In this document: positions 42,118 through 52,956 of the stretch, in pieces
How the letters are laid out: each line of letters opens with the position of its first letter
How positions within the stretch are numbered: position 1 is the stretch's first letter
Assembly (NCBI GenBank): GCA_963845565.1
Contig: CAWJSJ010000002.1
Coordinates: forward strand, 416,001 to 480,000
DNA: 64,000 nt
Reading direction: 5' to 3'
From: an uncultured Methylomirabilota bacterium
Lineage (GTDB): Bacteria; Methylomirabilota; Methylomirabilia; Methylomirabilales; 2-02-FULL-66-22
The notes under the pieces: model-generated
The model's database searches: none
The model's input: only the letters and a program-made list of their open reading frames with translations
Told to the model about the DNA's origin: nothing
Position numbers and translations under genes: made by a program

Positions 42118-42263
42118 TGAAGAAACGACAGGGTGATCCGACAGGGACAGCGACAGCGGAAAGTCGAAATCTCTGGAGTGGGCTTTTTCCCTGTCCCGTA
42201 TCCCTGTCCGTGTCGAAAGTCGTACGAGCGCGATAATGTCGACCTTGAACGACCGGCAGACGA

Positions 42264-43283
42264 GTGATTGAATTGGCTACTGAGAACGCCGCCGCGCCGA
42301 TCCTGTCGGTGCGCGACCTGAAAACCTATTTCTTCCCGGACGAAGGCACGGTCAAGGCCGTGGACGGCGCGAACTTCGACCTCTACCCCGGGAAGACGCT
42401 GGGGATCGTGGGCGAGAGCGGCTGCGGCAAGAGCGTGACGGCCCGCTCGATCCTCCGGATCGTGGAACGGCCGGGCCGGATCGTGGGCGGTGCGATCCTC
42501 CTCCGCAGGGACGGGACCGAGTTGGATCTGGCCCAGCTCGACCCGCAGGGCCAAGAGATGCGCCAGATCCGGGGCGGGGACATCGGGCTGGTCTTCCAGG
42601 AGCCGATGACCTCCTTCAGCCCCGTGCACACCGTCGGCAACCAGATCATCGAGACGATCCGGCTGCATCACCCCGTCAGTAAACAGGAAGCCAGGGAGCG
42701 AGGCATCGCCGCGTTCCGCTCCGTGGGCATCCCCAAACCGGAACGGCGCATCGACGAATTCGCCTTCGAGCTGAGCGGAGGGCTTCGCCAGCGGGCCATG
42801 ATCGCCATGGCCTTGTCCTGCGGCCCGCGCATCCTCATCGCGGACGAGCCGACGACGGCGCTGGACGTCACCACGCAGGCGCAGATTCTGGACCTCCTGC
42901 GCTCCCTGCAGGAGCGGGAGGGGATGACCATCATCCTGATCACGCACAACCTGGGTGTGGTGGCGGAGATGTGCGACAGCGTGGTGGTGATGTACCTGGG
43001 ACGCGTGGTGGAAGAAGGCCCGGTGGACGCCATCTTCCACAACGCCAAGCACCCATACACCCAGGCGCTCCTCCGCTCCATCCCCAGCATACGCTCTACC
43101 GCCCGGACGAAGCTGCCGACCATCGCCGGCTCCATCCCGCACCCCTACAACCGGCCGGCCGGCTGTCCGTTCTACCCGCGTTGTCCGGATTTCAAGCCGG
43201 GAGTGTGCGACAAGGCGGAACCCGGGCTCACGGTCGTGGGCGACGAGCAGGCGGTGAGCTGTTTCCTTTACGAGCGGACGTGA
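42264..43283 (+). CDS. ABC ATP-binding subunit (OppD-like)
   Basis: [39 protein letters not shown]. Confidence 0.94.
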   Translation: MIELATENAAAPILSVRDLKTYFFPDEGTVKAVDGANFDLYPGKTLGIVGESGCGKSVTARSILRIVERPGRIVGGAILLRRDGTELDLAQLDPQGQEMRQIRGGDIGLVFQEPMTSFSPVHTVGNQIIETIRLHHPVSKQEARERGIAAFRSVGIPKPERRIDEFAFELSGGLRQRAMIAMALSCGPRILIADEPTTALDVTTQAQILDLLRSLQEREGMTIILITHNLGVVAEMCDSVVVMYLGRVVEEGPVDAIFHNAKHPYTQALLRSIPSIRSTARTKLPTIAGSIPHPYNRPAGCPFYPRCPDFKPGVCDKAEPGLTVVGDEQAVSCFLYERT

Positions 43284-43285
43284 CG

Positions 43286-44299
<1,014 letters not shown>

Positions 44300-44303
<4 letters not shown>

Positions 44304-44644
44304 GTGGAAGTCGGTTGGTGTACTCCACCGTCGGCGGGCGAGTCCGGCAGCCGGACGAACGCCCCACGGGGCCGGGCCGTTCGGCGGCGAAACCGGCGGC
44401 CCCAACCGACGGCGTGATTCGCATCTCCCGGGAGCGGGGTGGGCGGAACGGCAAGGTGGTGACCGTCATCCGGGGTCTGCCGTCCGGACCGGCGCTCCTC
44501 ACCCTGGCCGCCGACCTGAAGCGGCTCTGTGGTGCCGGCGGCGCCGTGAAAGATGGCGCGCTGGAGATTCAGGGGGACCATCGCGAGCGGCTGGCCGAAC
44601 GACTGCGGGCCCTGGGCCATCCCGTGAAACTCGCCGGCGGCTGA
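44300..44644 (+). CDS. yciH: SUI1/eIF1-like translation factor YciH
   Basis: [44 protein letters not shown]. Confidence 0.9.
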
Positions 44645-44702
44645 AGAATGGATGACCACGCCCGATGGGGGACCCCCCGGTGGCGCGTGCGAGCAAAGGA
44701 GC

Positions 44703-45645
44703 GTGGAATTGAAGCACTTCCGACGGCAGCAAGGCCCAGGGCTGGACCTGGGACGCGGCGCTCTGCGGTATTGTCCCACCGATGATCTCTCCGCTGAACG
44801 AGACCGGCGAACTCGACGGGGACGCCCTGAAGGTTTTGATAGAACATATTCTGGGCGGCGGGTGTAGCGGCCTGTTCATCCTGGGAGGCTGCGGGGAGGG
44901 CGCGTGGCTGACGAGCGGGCAGCGGGCCTCCGTGGTCCGCGGCACGGTGTGGGCCGCCGCCGGACGGGTGCCCGTGCTGGTCGGGGTCATGCTGCCGGCG
45001 ACCGGCCCCGCCATGGATGCGGCGCGACAGGCGGCCGACGAGGGCGCCGACGCGCTCGTCGTGGGCTCGCCGTATTACCTGGGCGTGGATGCCGCCGCGC
45101 AGCAACGCCACGCGGAGGGGATCCTGGGCGCCGTCTCGCTCCCCGTCTTGCTGTACAACATCCCGCAAGCGACGCACAACCCCCTGGCGCCCGCGACCGT
45201 CAGCCGCCTGGCTCAGGATCCTCGAATCCTGGGGATCAAGGACTCGGCAGGGGACTTCGAGGCGTTCCAGGGGTTTCTGGCCATCAAGAAGCGGCGGACC
45301 GCCTTCCGGGTGTTGCAGGGAAACGAGCACTTCGCGTCGGCCAGCCTGCTCCTGGGCGGCGATGGGTTGGTCCCCGGCATGGCGAATTTCGCGCCGGAGC
45401 TCTTCGTGGCCCTGCACCGTGCCGCGGCGAAAGGCGACGCCGCCGACTGCGCGCGGCTGCAGGAGGCGATCACCGATCTGTGCACGCTACACACCCACGG
45501 CCACTGGCTGCCGGCCCTCAAGGCCGCCTGCGCCATGCTGGGTCTGGGGAATGGCGTCCCGTCCCCGCCCCTGCTTCCGGCCACCGAAGAGCAGCGCCGA
45601 ACGATCCGGGCGATCCTGGTCCGCCACAATCTGCTCGCCTCGTAA
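44703..45645 (+). CDS. Dihydrodipicolinate synthase / N-acetylneuraminate lyase family protein (probable frameshift near 44712)
   Basis: GIVPPMISP, GGCGEG, GRVPVLVG, PYY, LYNIP, GIKDSAGD; AAGGAG RBS before GTG 44703. Confidence 0.9.
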
Positions 45646-45771
45646 CCGGAGACGTCGACCCCCGCTGACCTTGCGCACCCACGTGCCCCCTCCGCGTTTG
45701 TGGGGCGCTTCCTGGGACGGAGAGGTCCCGGGGCGGCACGGGCAACCACGCCGCGCTCGCCGCCGACCGGG

Positions 45772-45876
45772 TTAGGAGCCGTTACGAAATAACCTATACA
45801 TCTCTTTCTATTTCGTTACGGCTCCTTATGCCGTTTCGGAATGTCTCCGCTCAACTTATTCTTTGACAACGGCTTA
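45772..45876 (+). mobile_element. TTA-flanked MITE/REPIN-like element
   Basis: Near-identical to 22044-22147; the terminal TTA is the stop codon of the CDF gene. Confidence 0.85.
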
Positions 45877-46866
45877 TTGCTTGCCCTCGGCCGGGGTGTC
45901 GGCGTTCCGGTGCGCCCGGATTGCCTCCCGCTCTTGCGCGGCGAGAAGGCAACCCTCCAGACAGGCCGGACGACAACTGCCATCGCAAGGCTCCACGTGG
46001 ATGGTGACCGTCGCCTCGGACAGATGCGCCTTCAGGTCACGGGTGATGGCATCCGCGAGTTGGTGTGCCCGCTCGACCGTCAGGTCCTTGTCCACCACCA
46101 CGTGAAATTCGATGAAGCGGGCAGCGCCCGCCTTTCGTGTGCGCAAGTGGTGGAAGCCGCGCACGGTCGGGGTGAGGGCGCTCACGCGCTCCCGGATCCA
46201 GGCGATTTCCCCTGGCGGCAGGCTGGCATCCAGCAGGTCCCGCCCGGATTCCCGGGTGAGTTTCCAGGCGGCGCGCACGATGAGCAGCGCCACAGCGATG
46301 GCGGCCACCGGATCCAGCCAGAGCAGATCGGTCCCTGGAAGGACCCGTTCCCCCACCAGGATCAGCGCCAACCCGACCATCACGCCCGCCGACGTGTAGA
46401 CGTCGGTGCGCAGATGCCAGGCATCGGCCTGGAGCGCGACGGAATCCGTCTCCCGGCCGACCTTGAAGAGCAGCTCCGAGACGCCGATGTTGACCACGGA
46501 CGACACGAACATGACGGCCACGCCCCACCCGACGGCCCCGATCGGCTCGGGGGCAAGCAGCTTGTGAACGGCCTCGTAGACGATCCAGCCTGCCGCCAGG
46601 AAGATGAGGAGCGCCTCGACCGTTCCCGAGATGTTCTCGACCTTCCCGTGACCGAACGGATGCTCCTCGTCCGCACGCTTGTTGGAGGTCTTGACCGCAA
46701 ACAGGGCGATGACGGCCGCCAGCAGGTCCACGCCGGAGTGGATGGCCTCGGAGATCACGGACACCGAGCCGATGGCGAGCCCGATGATCAGCTTCCCTGT
46801 CACCAGCGCGGTGTTGGAGATGACCGACAACCAGGCCACCGCCGACTTCTGCCGCTGTGCGTCCAT
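45874..46866 (-). CDS. Cation diffusion facilitator family transporter (FieF/CzcD-like)
   Basis: SEAIHSGVD, HPFGHGKVEN, ADAWHLRTD, WLDP, LRTRKAG, AHQLAD, IHVEP; Cys-rich tail CDGSCRPACLEGC. Confidence 0.93.
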   Translation of the reverse strand: MDAQRQKSAVAWLSVISNTALVTGKLIIGLAIGSVSVISEAIHSGVDLLAAVIALFAVKTSNKRADEEHPFGHGKVENISGTVEALLIFLAAGWIVYEAVHKLLAPEPIGAVGWGVAVMFVSSVVNIGVSELLFKVGRETDSVALQADAWHLRTDVYTSAGVMVGLALILVGERVLPGTDLLWLDPVAAIAVALLIVRAAWKLTRESGRDLLDASLPPGEIAWIRERVSALTPTVRGFHHLRTRKAGAARFIEFHVVVDKDLTVERAHQLADAITRDLKAHLSEATVTIHVEPCDGSCRPACLEGCLLAAQEREAIRAHRNADTPAEGKQ

Positions 46867-46924
46867 CCGATCCCCCTGTTTGCCGAAACACCGCGGAACG
46901 CCGGTGCGCCCCTCGGGATGGACC

Positions 46925-46959
46925 AAAAAAAGAACCCGCGGAACGGTTCGTCCCACGGG
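46925..46959 (-). terminator. Intrinsic terminator (riboswitch expression platform)
   Basis: CCCGUGGGAC-gaacc-GUUCCGCGGG stem followed by UUC plus U7; the 5' arm overlaps the aptamer 3' strand. Confidence 0.75.
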
Positions 46960-47032
46960 ATCCCAACGCCCGCTGCCTCGCCACAGAGGCCCGGCCGCAC
47001 CCCGGAATCACCGGGGTCGCCTGCTCTCAACA
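46946..47032 (-). ncRNA. NiCo (czcD) Ni/Co/Fe(II)-sensing riboswitch aptamer
   Basis: Conserved blocks in order GAGCAGGC...GCGGCCGGGC...GGCAGCGG...CCGUGGGAC with intervening hairpins; sits in the leader of a CDF exporter. Confidence 0.8.
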
Positions 47033-47038
47033 ACAACG

Positions 47039-47067
47039 AGCCTATCGGATCATCGACGCAGTGTCAA
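47039..47067 (-). promoter_or_regulatory. sigma70 promoter driving the riboswitch and CDF gene
   Basis: TTGACA-N17-TAGGCT immediately upstream of the aptamer. Confidence 0.7.
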
Positions 47068-47180
47068 CCTCACCCTCTGGCACCCTGCCTGCCGCCCGTC
47101 GCCGCCACGACCGTTACCGGGCGCTCACCGGGGGACCCCGCTGATCATGGGCTGCCGCCTCGGCCCGTCTCGACTGGGTC

Positions 47181-47357
47181 TCAGCACACCCCGTATTGCG
47201 CGCCCAGGTCTTCCAGCAGTTCGGCCTGCATCTCGGTGATCGGCAGCCCGGTGGCGATCTTGGATTGCAGGTTCACCAGCATATCGGCCTTCTTCTTGGG
47301 AAGCTCCCCGGCCTCGGCCTTTTTGAGGAGCGCCGTCAGGATTTCAAAGCTGTCCAT
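47181..47357 (-). CDS. Small hypothetical protein (58 aa), absent from the ORF track
   Basis: MDSFEILTALLKKAEAGELPKKKADMLVNLQSKIATGLPITEMQAELLEDLGAQYGVC; GAGGAGGG RBS; GC-rich third codon positions. Confidence 0.65.
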   Translation of the reverse strand: MDSFEILTALLKKAEAGELPKKKADMLVNLQSKIATGLPITEMQAELLEDLGAQYGVC

Positions 47358-47387
47358 CGTGGAGCACCCTCCTCGGTCGGCCGTCGG

Positions 47388-48152
47388 CTACAGGGCCGTG
47401 AACCCGCCGTCCACCACGAACACGCCGCCGGTGCAGTAGCTCGCTTCCTCCGAGGCGAGGAACGCCACCATCGGTGCCACTTCGTCAAAGCGGCCGATGC
47501 GTCCTAGCGGAATCTTTGGGGTGAGGCGTTGCTGGCGCGCCGCCAGGTCGACGGCTTCGCTGTCCGGTGGCGTCTCCATGGCCCCCGGCGCCACCACGTT
47601 GACACGGATGCCGCGCGGAGCGTACTGCACCGCCAGGGAGCGCGCGAAGGCGTGAAGGCCCCCCTTGCTGGAGGTGTAGGCCGGGTTCTGAAACGCAGAG
47701 CCGACGAGGGCCACAATGGATCCGGTGATCACCACGGCTCCGCCGCCACCCTGCGCCAGCATCTGGCGGATTCCGGCCCGGCACACCAGGAAGGCACCGC
47801 GCAGATTGATCGCGTGCGTCTCCTCCCAGGCGGATAATTCCTGTTCGTGGATCGGCTTATCGAGGGCGTGGAGTTGCGTCCCGGCGTTCGACACCACGAT
47901 GTCCAGGCGGCCGAACGCCTTGACCGTCTCCGCCACAGCCCGGTCCGCATCCGCCTCCTTCGACACGTCCCCGCAGACCGCGATGGCACGGCCCTTGGCG
48001 TCGCGGATCTCTCGGACGGTCCGCTCCACGCTCGCTGCCGTGCGTCCCATCACGCCGACTGCGGCGCCTTCTCGCGCCATCAACCGGGCCGATGCCGCTC
48101 CAATGCCGCTCCCCGCCCCGGTGATCAGTGCCACTTTGTCCGCAAAACGCAT
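47388..48152 (-). CDS. SDR family oxidoreductase
   Basis: [31 protein letters not shown]. Confidence 0.93.
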   Translation of the reverse strand: MRFADKVALITGAGSGIGAASARLMAREGAAVGVMGRTAASVERTVREIRDAKGRAIAVCGDVSKEADADRAVAETVKAFGRLDIVVSNAGTQLHALDKPIHEQELSAWEETHAINLRGAFLVCRAGIRQMLAQGGGGAVVITGSIVALVGSAFQNPAYTSSKGGLHAFARSLAVQYAPRGIRVNVVAPGAMETPPDSEAVDLAARQQRLTPKIPLGRIGRFDEVAPMVAFLASEEASYCTGGVFVVDGGFTAL

Positions 48153-48208
48153 GAGATCCCTCCGTTGTGGGCCTGCGCCGGGAATCGGCCGGCCGTTGGG
48201 CGTTGGTG

Positions 48209-48783
48209 TCAGGCGCACACCTTGACGATCGTCCGGGTCAGCGCGGCGCCAAGCCCCTGGATCGCGGCGTGTTGTTTCGCATCCTTGAGTGAGCCGTCGG
48301 CCGCGAACGCCTCGCCCGCGTGGGGCACCGCGATCTGCTCGGGAATCGTAAGCACCCGAATGTTTTGCAGGATGGCGCGAACGTGCACCAGCCCACGCAG
48401 GCCGCCCAGGGCGCCCGGGGAAGCGCTCATCAGTGCCGCCACCTTGCCGTCGAAGCAGTTGAGCGGAGTCTCGCCCGTCACCGGCCGCGAGACCCAGTCG
48501 ATCGTGTTCTTGAGAAGCGGGGTGATCGAGCTGTTATACTCCGGCGCCGAGATCAGCAACCCCTGGTTCGCCAGGAACAGATCCTTCAGCTTGCGGGCAT
48601 TGGCCGGGATGCCGTCCCGCTCCTCCGGTCGCCGTCATAGAGCGGCAGCGGGTAGTCTCGGAGGTCGATCAGCGTCACGTCGGCGCCGGCAGCCCGTGCG
48701 CCGGCGGCGGCGATGGCAATGAGCCGCTTGTTGAAGGAGCCGGAGCGCGCGCTGCCGGCGAAGGCAAGGATGCGTGGTGCCAT
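48209..48783 (-). CDS. NAD(P)H-dependent FMN reductase, frameshift near 48625
   Basis: [50 protein letters not shown]. Confidence 0.9.
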
Positions 48784-49138
48784 GGTCGACGTCCTCTCCT
48801 CGTTTTCCTTTTTTCCGCTAACGGGCAACCGGCGCTTGTCCCCTGCCCCTCAGCAGCACCCACGTGACACGGCCTAGGCCCGCATGGCTCTGAGGCGTTT
48901 CCAAGACACAGCGGGCGGGCGACGACACCGGCGACTCATTCCCGGACGGGCTGTCCCGCGATCCCAGGACGTCATCATACCGCCGCAACCTCCATTTGGG
49001 TAGTGCAGCCAGACGTGGCCTGTTGCCTATGGTAAGCGCCGGACTCGCCTGGCAACGTACCGAATTACGCCACATTATACATTTCCCTCAGGAATGTGCA
49101 GGTTTCTGCCGATGGATCAATTATGGAACGTCACCTAA

Positions 49139-49356
49139 CTAGTGTCCTGTCCCAAAGATTCGCCGCATAAGTGAGGGCCTCAGTTCCATCCCGAAGACGC
49201 TGCACCCGCGGCGCGGCCGGGTCCGGCACGGAGGTCACCGTTCTGTGGTGGCCGACCCGGACCAAGGCCGCGCGGTTCTCGACGAGGTGCCAGGCGTCAG
49301 AGGGATGGAACTGAGGCCCGGCAAATTGTCAACGAACTTCGGGGACAGGGCACTAG
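49139..49356. mobile_element. CTAG-flanked palindromic MITE (~218 bp)
   Basis: Terminal IRs match at 19/24 (CTAGTGTCCTGTCCC...GGGACAGGGCACTAG); internal perfect 18-bp IR at 49175-49192 / 49302-49319. Confidence 0.75.
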
Positions 49357-49400
49357 GTCGTGGTCCTTGTGCGACTCAATACCGGGCAAGGAGGGACGGA

Positions 49401-49799
49401 ATGTCATCGTCTGCAAAATCTTCGGGCGTCGGTGTGCCGGCGATGCCGACTGGGTGCCCCCTCGATCTTTCCAGAGCCTTACGCTGGGTTGACGGGGATC
49501 GGGAATTGCTGGTCGAATTGGTCGACGTGCTGATCGAGGACTACCCTCGTCGGATGGATGCGCTCCGGTCTGCGATTCAGGCCGGCGACAGCGCAATAGC
49601 TCGAGATACCGCCCACAGCTTGAAGGGGGCTGTCGCCGCCCTGGCTGCGGATGCGGCCAGGGAGTGCGCCCAGCACCTGGAAGACCTGTGCGGCGCCGGT
49701 CGCCTCGCTGACATAGAAATCCCTTTGGCGCAGCTTGAACGGGAAACCGACCGGCTGATGGGGTTCTTGAGGACCAAGGACTGGCAAGCCCAGCTCTAA
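49401..49799 (+). CDS. Stand-alone Hpt phosphotransfer domain protein
   Basis: AHSLKGA motif; DGDRELL; AAGGAGGG RBS. Confidence 0.88.
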   Translation: MSSSAKSSGVGVPAMPTGCPLDLSRALRWVDGDRELLVELVDVLIEDYPRRMDALRSAIQAGDSAIARDTAHSLKGAVAALAADAARECAQHLEDLCGAGRLADIEIPLAQLERETDRLMGFLRTKDWQAQL

Positions 49800-49883
49800 C
49801 GGACCCCATGGGATTGGAGTCAGGGTGGCTCTTGTGCCGCGTGCAGATACCTCCGGCCGCCAGAGTCTCAAAAGGGAGTCGTG

Positions 49884-50276
49884 ATGGCAAAACAAGCGCT
49901 CCGGATCGTTCTCGCCGAAGACGATCGATTCCTACGAAAGGCAACCGAAACAACGCTCCGTCGCCGCGGGTTCACCGTGTATTCGGCAGCAGATGGAGAG
50001 GAGGCGCTTCGAATGAGCCGGGACGAAAAACCGGACGCCATTCTCCTCGACATGATCATGCCCAAACTGCAAGGCTTTGAGGTACTGCGGACGCTCAAGG
50101 CCGACCCGGACACCGCGCGCATTCCGATCATCGTACTGAGCAATCTAGGGCAGGATGAGGACAAGCAGGGCGCCTTGGAGTGCGGAGCCGCCGCCTATTT
50201 CATCAAGGCCGATCTGTCCCTGCAGAACCTGGTCGCCCAAGTCGAGCGCGTGCTCGAGGAGAGACCCGCGCAATGA
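49884..50276 (+). CDS. Single-domain response regulator receiver
   Basis: LAEDD, AADGEEA, ILLDMIMP (phospho-Asp), IIVLS, YFIK. Confidence 0.92.
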   Translation: MAKQALRIVLAEDDRFLRKATETTLRRRGFTVYSAADGEEALRMSRDEKPDAILLDMIMPKLQGFEVLRTLKADPDTARIPIIVLSNLGQDEDKQGALECGAAAYFIKADLSLQNLVAQVERVLEERPAQ

Positions 50277-52012
50277 CCGGGCTGCGCGTGACCCCCGAAG
50301 AATTGAAGTCGCTACTGGTGGACCAACTCGGGGTCATCGAGCCTTCGGAGTTCGAGAAGGCCCAGAAGATGGCGGCACGCCTGCGGGTCCCCCTCGAGCG
50401 CAGCCTAGTCGAGCAGGGTCATATCCCGCAAGCCTTCCTCCTGGAGCATCTGGCCCAGCACTGGGGCGTGGGCTACGTCGAGCTCCGGGTCGGGGACGTC
50501 AAGCCGGAGGCACTCCGGACGGTCGGCGAAGATTACGCCAGGGCGAACATGTTGATCCCATTCAGCCGCGTGGACGGCACGGTCCATGTAGCAATGTGGG
50601 ATCCGGGAAACCGAAAGGTCCTCGGCGAGCTCGGACAGATGACCGGGCTACGCGTCGTTCCATGTCTGGCCCCGGAGGGGGCGATTCGCCGCGCGCACCT
50701 TCTGTACAAAGGCGACCTGCGCGAGATGCTGGAGCGTTCGGCGGCGGAGCAGACGTTGGCGATCACGCGAGGCGGCCGCTCCGCGGATGACACGTCGGTG
50801 GTGGAACTGCTGAACCGCATCCTCGTGTACGCCGCCGTGGCGAGGGCGTCGGACATTCACATTGAGCCCTACGAGTTGGAAAGCGTGGTGCGCTACCGGA
50901 TCGACGGGGTGATGCACGAGGTGCTGAGCCTGCCGCCCGCGCTCCATCCCCCGCTGGTATCACGGATCAAGATTCAAGCCGGCATGCGGATCGACGAGCG
51001 GCGCGCCCCGCAGGATGGGCGGTTTGAATCCGACCTGGGAGGGCTGAAAGCCGATATGCGGGCGTCCACGATTCCGACCCTCTGGGGTGAGAAGGTCGTA
51101 CTCCGCGTGCTCTCCAAGGAGACCGTGGTGATTGACCTGGAGAGCCTGGGTTTGGTGGCCGCTGACCACGAGATCGTTCTCCGGAACATCCTCAGGCCTC
51201 ACGGGATGATCCTTTTGACCGGGCCGACCGGCAGCGGCAAGACGAGCAGCCTCTACGCCATGCTCTCACGGATCGGGAACGAGCGGCAGAACATCGTGAA
51301 TATCTCCACGATCGAAGAGCCGGTCGAGTACGTGATTCCCCGCGTGAACCAGGTCCAGGTGAACCATCAGGCAGGCGTGCTTTTCTCCACGGGCCTCCGC
51401 GCGCTGCTCCGGCAGGACCCCGATGTCATCATGGTCGGAGAAATCCGCGATCTCGAGACCGCCGAGATCGCGGTCCGAGCGGCGCTGGTCGGTCGACTCC
51501 TCCTGTCCACGCTGCACACCAACGATTCCACCGGAGCCGTACCGCGCCTGCTGGACATGGGCGTGGAGCCGTACCTGTTAGCCTCGACACTCTCCTTGGT
51601 CGTGGCCCAGCGACTGGTGCGGCGGATCTGCCGGAATTGCCGGGAGAGTGCCGCCCCCGATTCGCGCGTGGTGCATGCGATCACGTCCCGTCCGGACTTC
51701 GAGCGAACGGTCAGCGTGTTGCAGGCGCAGGGCGTCATGGGGAAGACGGGCGATGCCTTGTCCCGGGTTCGACTGTTTCGGGGGAAGGGCTGCGGGCAAT
51801 GCAGCGGAAGCGGATACGTCGGACGGATTGGCGTCTTCGAGTTGTTCGAAGTCGCCGAGGCGACCCGTGACCTGATTATGCAGCGGAGCGCCGCGTCGGC
51901 GATCCGAGCGGCGGCAATCGACAAGGGCATGAAAACCATGTTCCAGGATGGGGTCGCCAAGGCACTGCTGGGAGAAACCACCATGGAGGAGGTCTTCAGG
52001 GTAGCGCTCTAG
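50273..52012 (+). CDS. GspE/PilB family secretion/pilus assembly ATPase
   Basis: ASDIHIEP, RYRIDG, PQDGRF, TGPTGSGKT, LRQDPDVIMVGEIRD, STLHTND, tetracysteine CRNC/CGQC. Confidence 0.93.
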   Translation: MTGLRVTPEELKSLLVDQLGVIEPSEFEKAQKMAARLRVPLERSLVEQGHIPQAFLLEHLAQHWGVGYVELRVGDVKPEALRTVGEDYARANMLIPFSRVDGTVHVAMWDPGNRKVLGELGQMTGLRVVPCLAPEGAIRRAHLLYKGDLREMLERSAAEQTLAITRGGRSADDTSVVELLNRILVYAAVARASDIHIEPYELESVVRYRIDGVMHEVLSLPPALHPPLVSRIKIQAGMRIDERRAPQDGRFESDLGGLKADMRASTIPTLWGEKVVLRVLSKETVVIDLESLGLVAADHEIVLRNILRPHGMILLTGPTGSGKTSSLYAMLSRIGNERQNIVNISTIEEPVEYVIPRVNQVQVNHQAGVLFSTGLRALLRQDPDVIMVGEIRDLETAEIAVRAALVGRLLLSTLHTNDSTGAVPRLLDMGVEPYLLASTLSLVVAQRLVRRICRNCRESAAPDSRVVHAITSRPDFERTVSVLQAQGVMGKTGDALSRVRLFRGKGCGQCSGSGYVGRIGVFELFEVAEATRDLIMQRSAASAIRAAAIDKGMKTMFQDGVAKALLGETTMEEVFRVAL

Positions 52013-52064
52013 CGGGCTGCTGACGAAGCCCTATCCGCAGTGTTGGATCGCCCGCGCCTTTCGG

Positions 52065-52874
52065 TCAGGTTCGGATCCGTTTGCCGTCGCACCGCGACAA
52101 GAATGTCATCACGGACTCGCTAAACGCTCCCGCTTGTTCGATGTTGGATAGATGGGAGGCCGACGTCAGGATCACAAGCTCCGATCCCTTGATTCGCTCG
52201 TGAATCGCGCGGGCGGCGGCGACCGGCGTCCCGGGGTCGTCTTCTCCCACCACGATCAGGGTGGGGACGGACACCGCGGCCAGGCGATCGGTCAGGTCGA
52301 GCGCCTTGATCGCATGACAGCAGCCGATATACCCCTGCGGCTCCGTCTCCCGGATCATGGCGCGCACCCGCTCGACGGTCTCGGGATTCTGGGCGATGAA
52401 CGGCGCCGTGAACCAGCGGTTGAGGGTCGGCTCGACATGGGGCTCCATGCCCTCGGCCGCAGCCACCCGAATCCGCTCGTCCCAAACCGGGCGAGCCTCG
52501 GCAGGAACGCGACTGGAGGTGTCACAGAGGACGAGGCTCCGGAGCATGCCCGGACTTTTCAGGGCCAGCATCTGGCCGATCATCCCGCCCATCGAAAGAC
52601 CGACGAAGTGGGTACGCTCGACCCCCAGCCTGTGGAGAAGCGCCACGGCGTCTTCCGCCAGTTGGTCGAGCGAATACGGGCCGGCCGGTGCATCGGTCCC
52701 GCCATGCCCGCGCGTGTCGTATCGCAGAACCCGGTAGCGCGCCGCCAGGGCGGCCGCCTGCGGCTCCCACATGCTCAGATTCGTCGCCAGCGAATGGCTG
52801 AGCGTAACAACCGGCGCGGAGGCGGGGCCGTTCAGCGTGTAGTGGATGCTGATCCCATTGGCGGTGATGCGCAT
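52065..52874 (-). CDS. pcaD: 3-oxoadipate enol-lactonase
   Basis: LSHSLAT, MWEPQ, RYDTRGHG, GLSMGGMIG, RWFT, ASHLSNIEQ. Confidence 0.85.
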   Translation of the reverse strand: MRITANGISIHYTLNGPASAPVVTLSHSLATNLSMWEPQAAALAARYRVLRYDTRGHGGTDAPAGPYSLDQLAEDAVALLHRLGVERTHFVGLSMGGMIGQMLALKSPGMLRSLVLCDTSSRVPAEARPVWDERIRVAAAEGMEPHVEPTLNRWFTAPFIAQNPETVERVRAMIRETEPQGYIGCCHAIKALDLTDRLAAVSVPTLIVVGEDDPGTPVAAARAIHERIKGSELVILTSASHLSNIEQAGAFSESVMTFLSRCDGKRIRT

Positions 52875-52956
52875 GTGCGTCTCCTCTGGGGTAAGAACAC
52901 CCGCGTCGCCGAATGTTGCTCTCCTGATCGGAGAACCGGATTCTGCCCGGAGCGCA

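Noticed and set aside
44710..44712. In-frame TGA upstream of the DHDPS-family ORF as a second Sec codon
   Set aside because: It lies in a non-conserved N-terminal leader with no Cys equivalent; a 1-nt insertion after the GTG start explains it.
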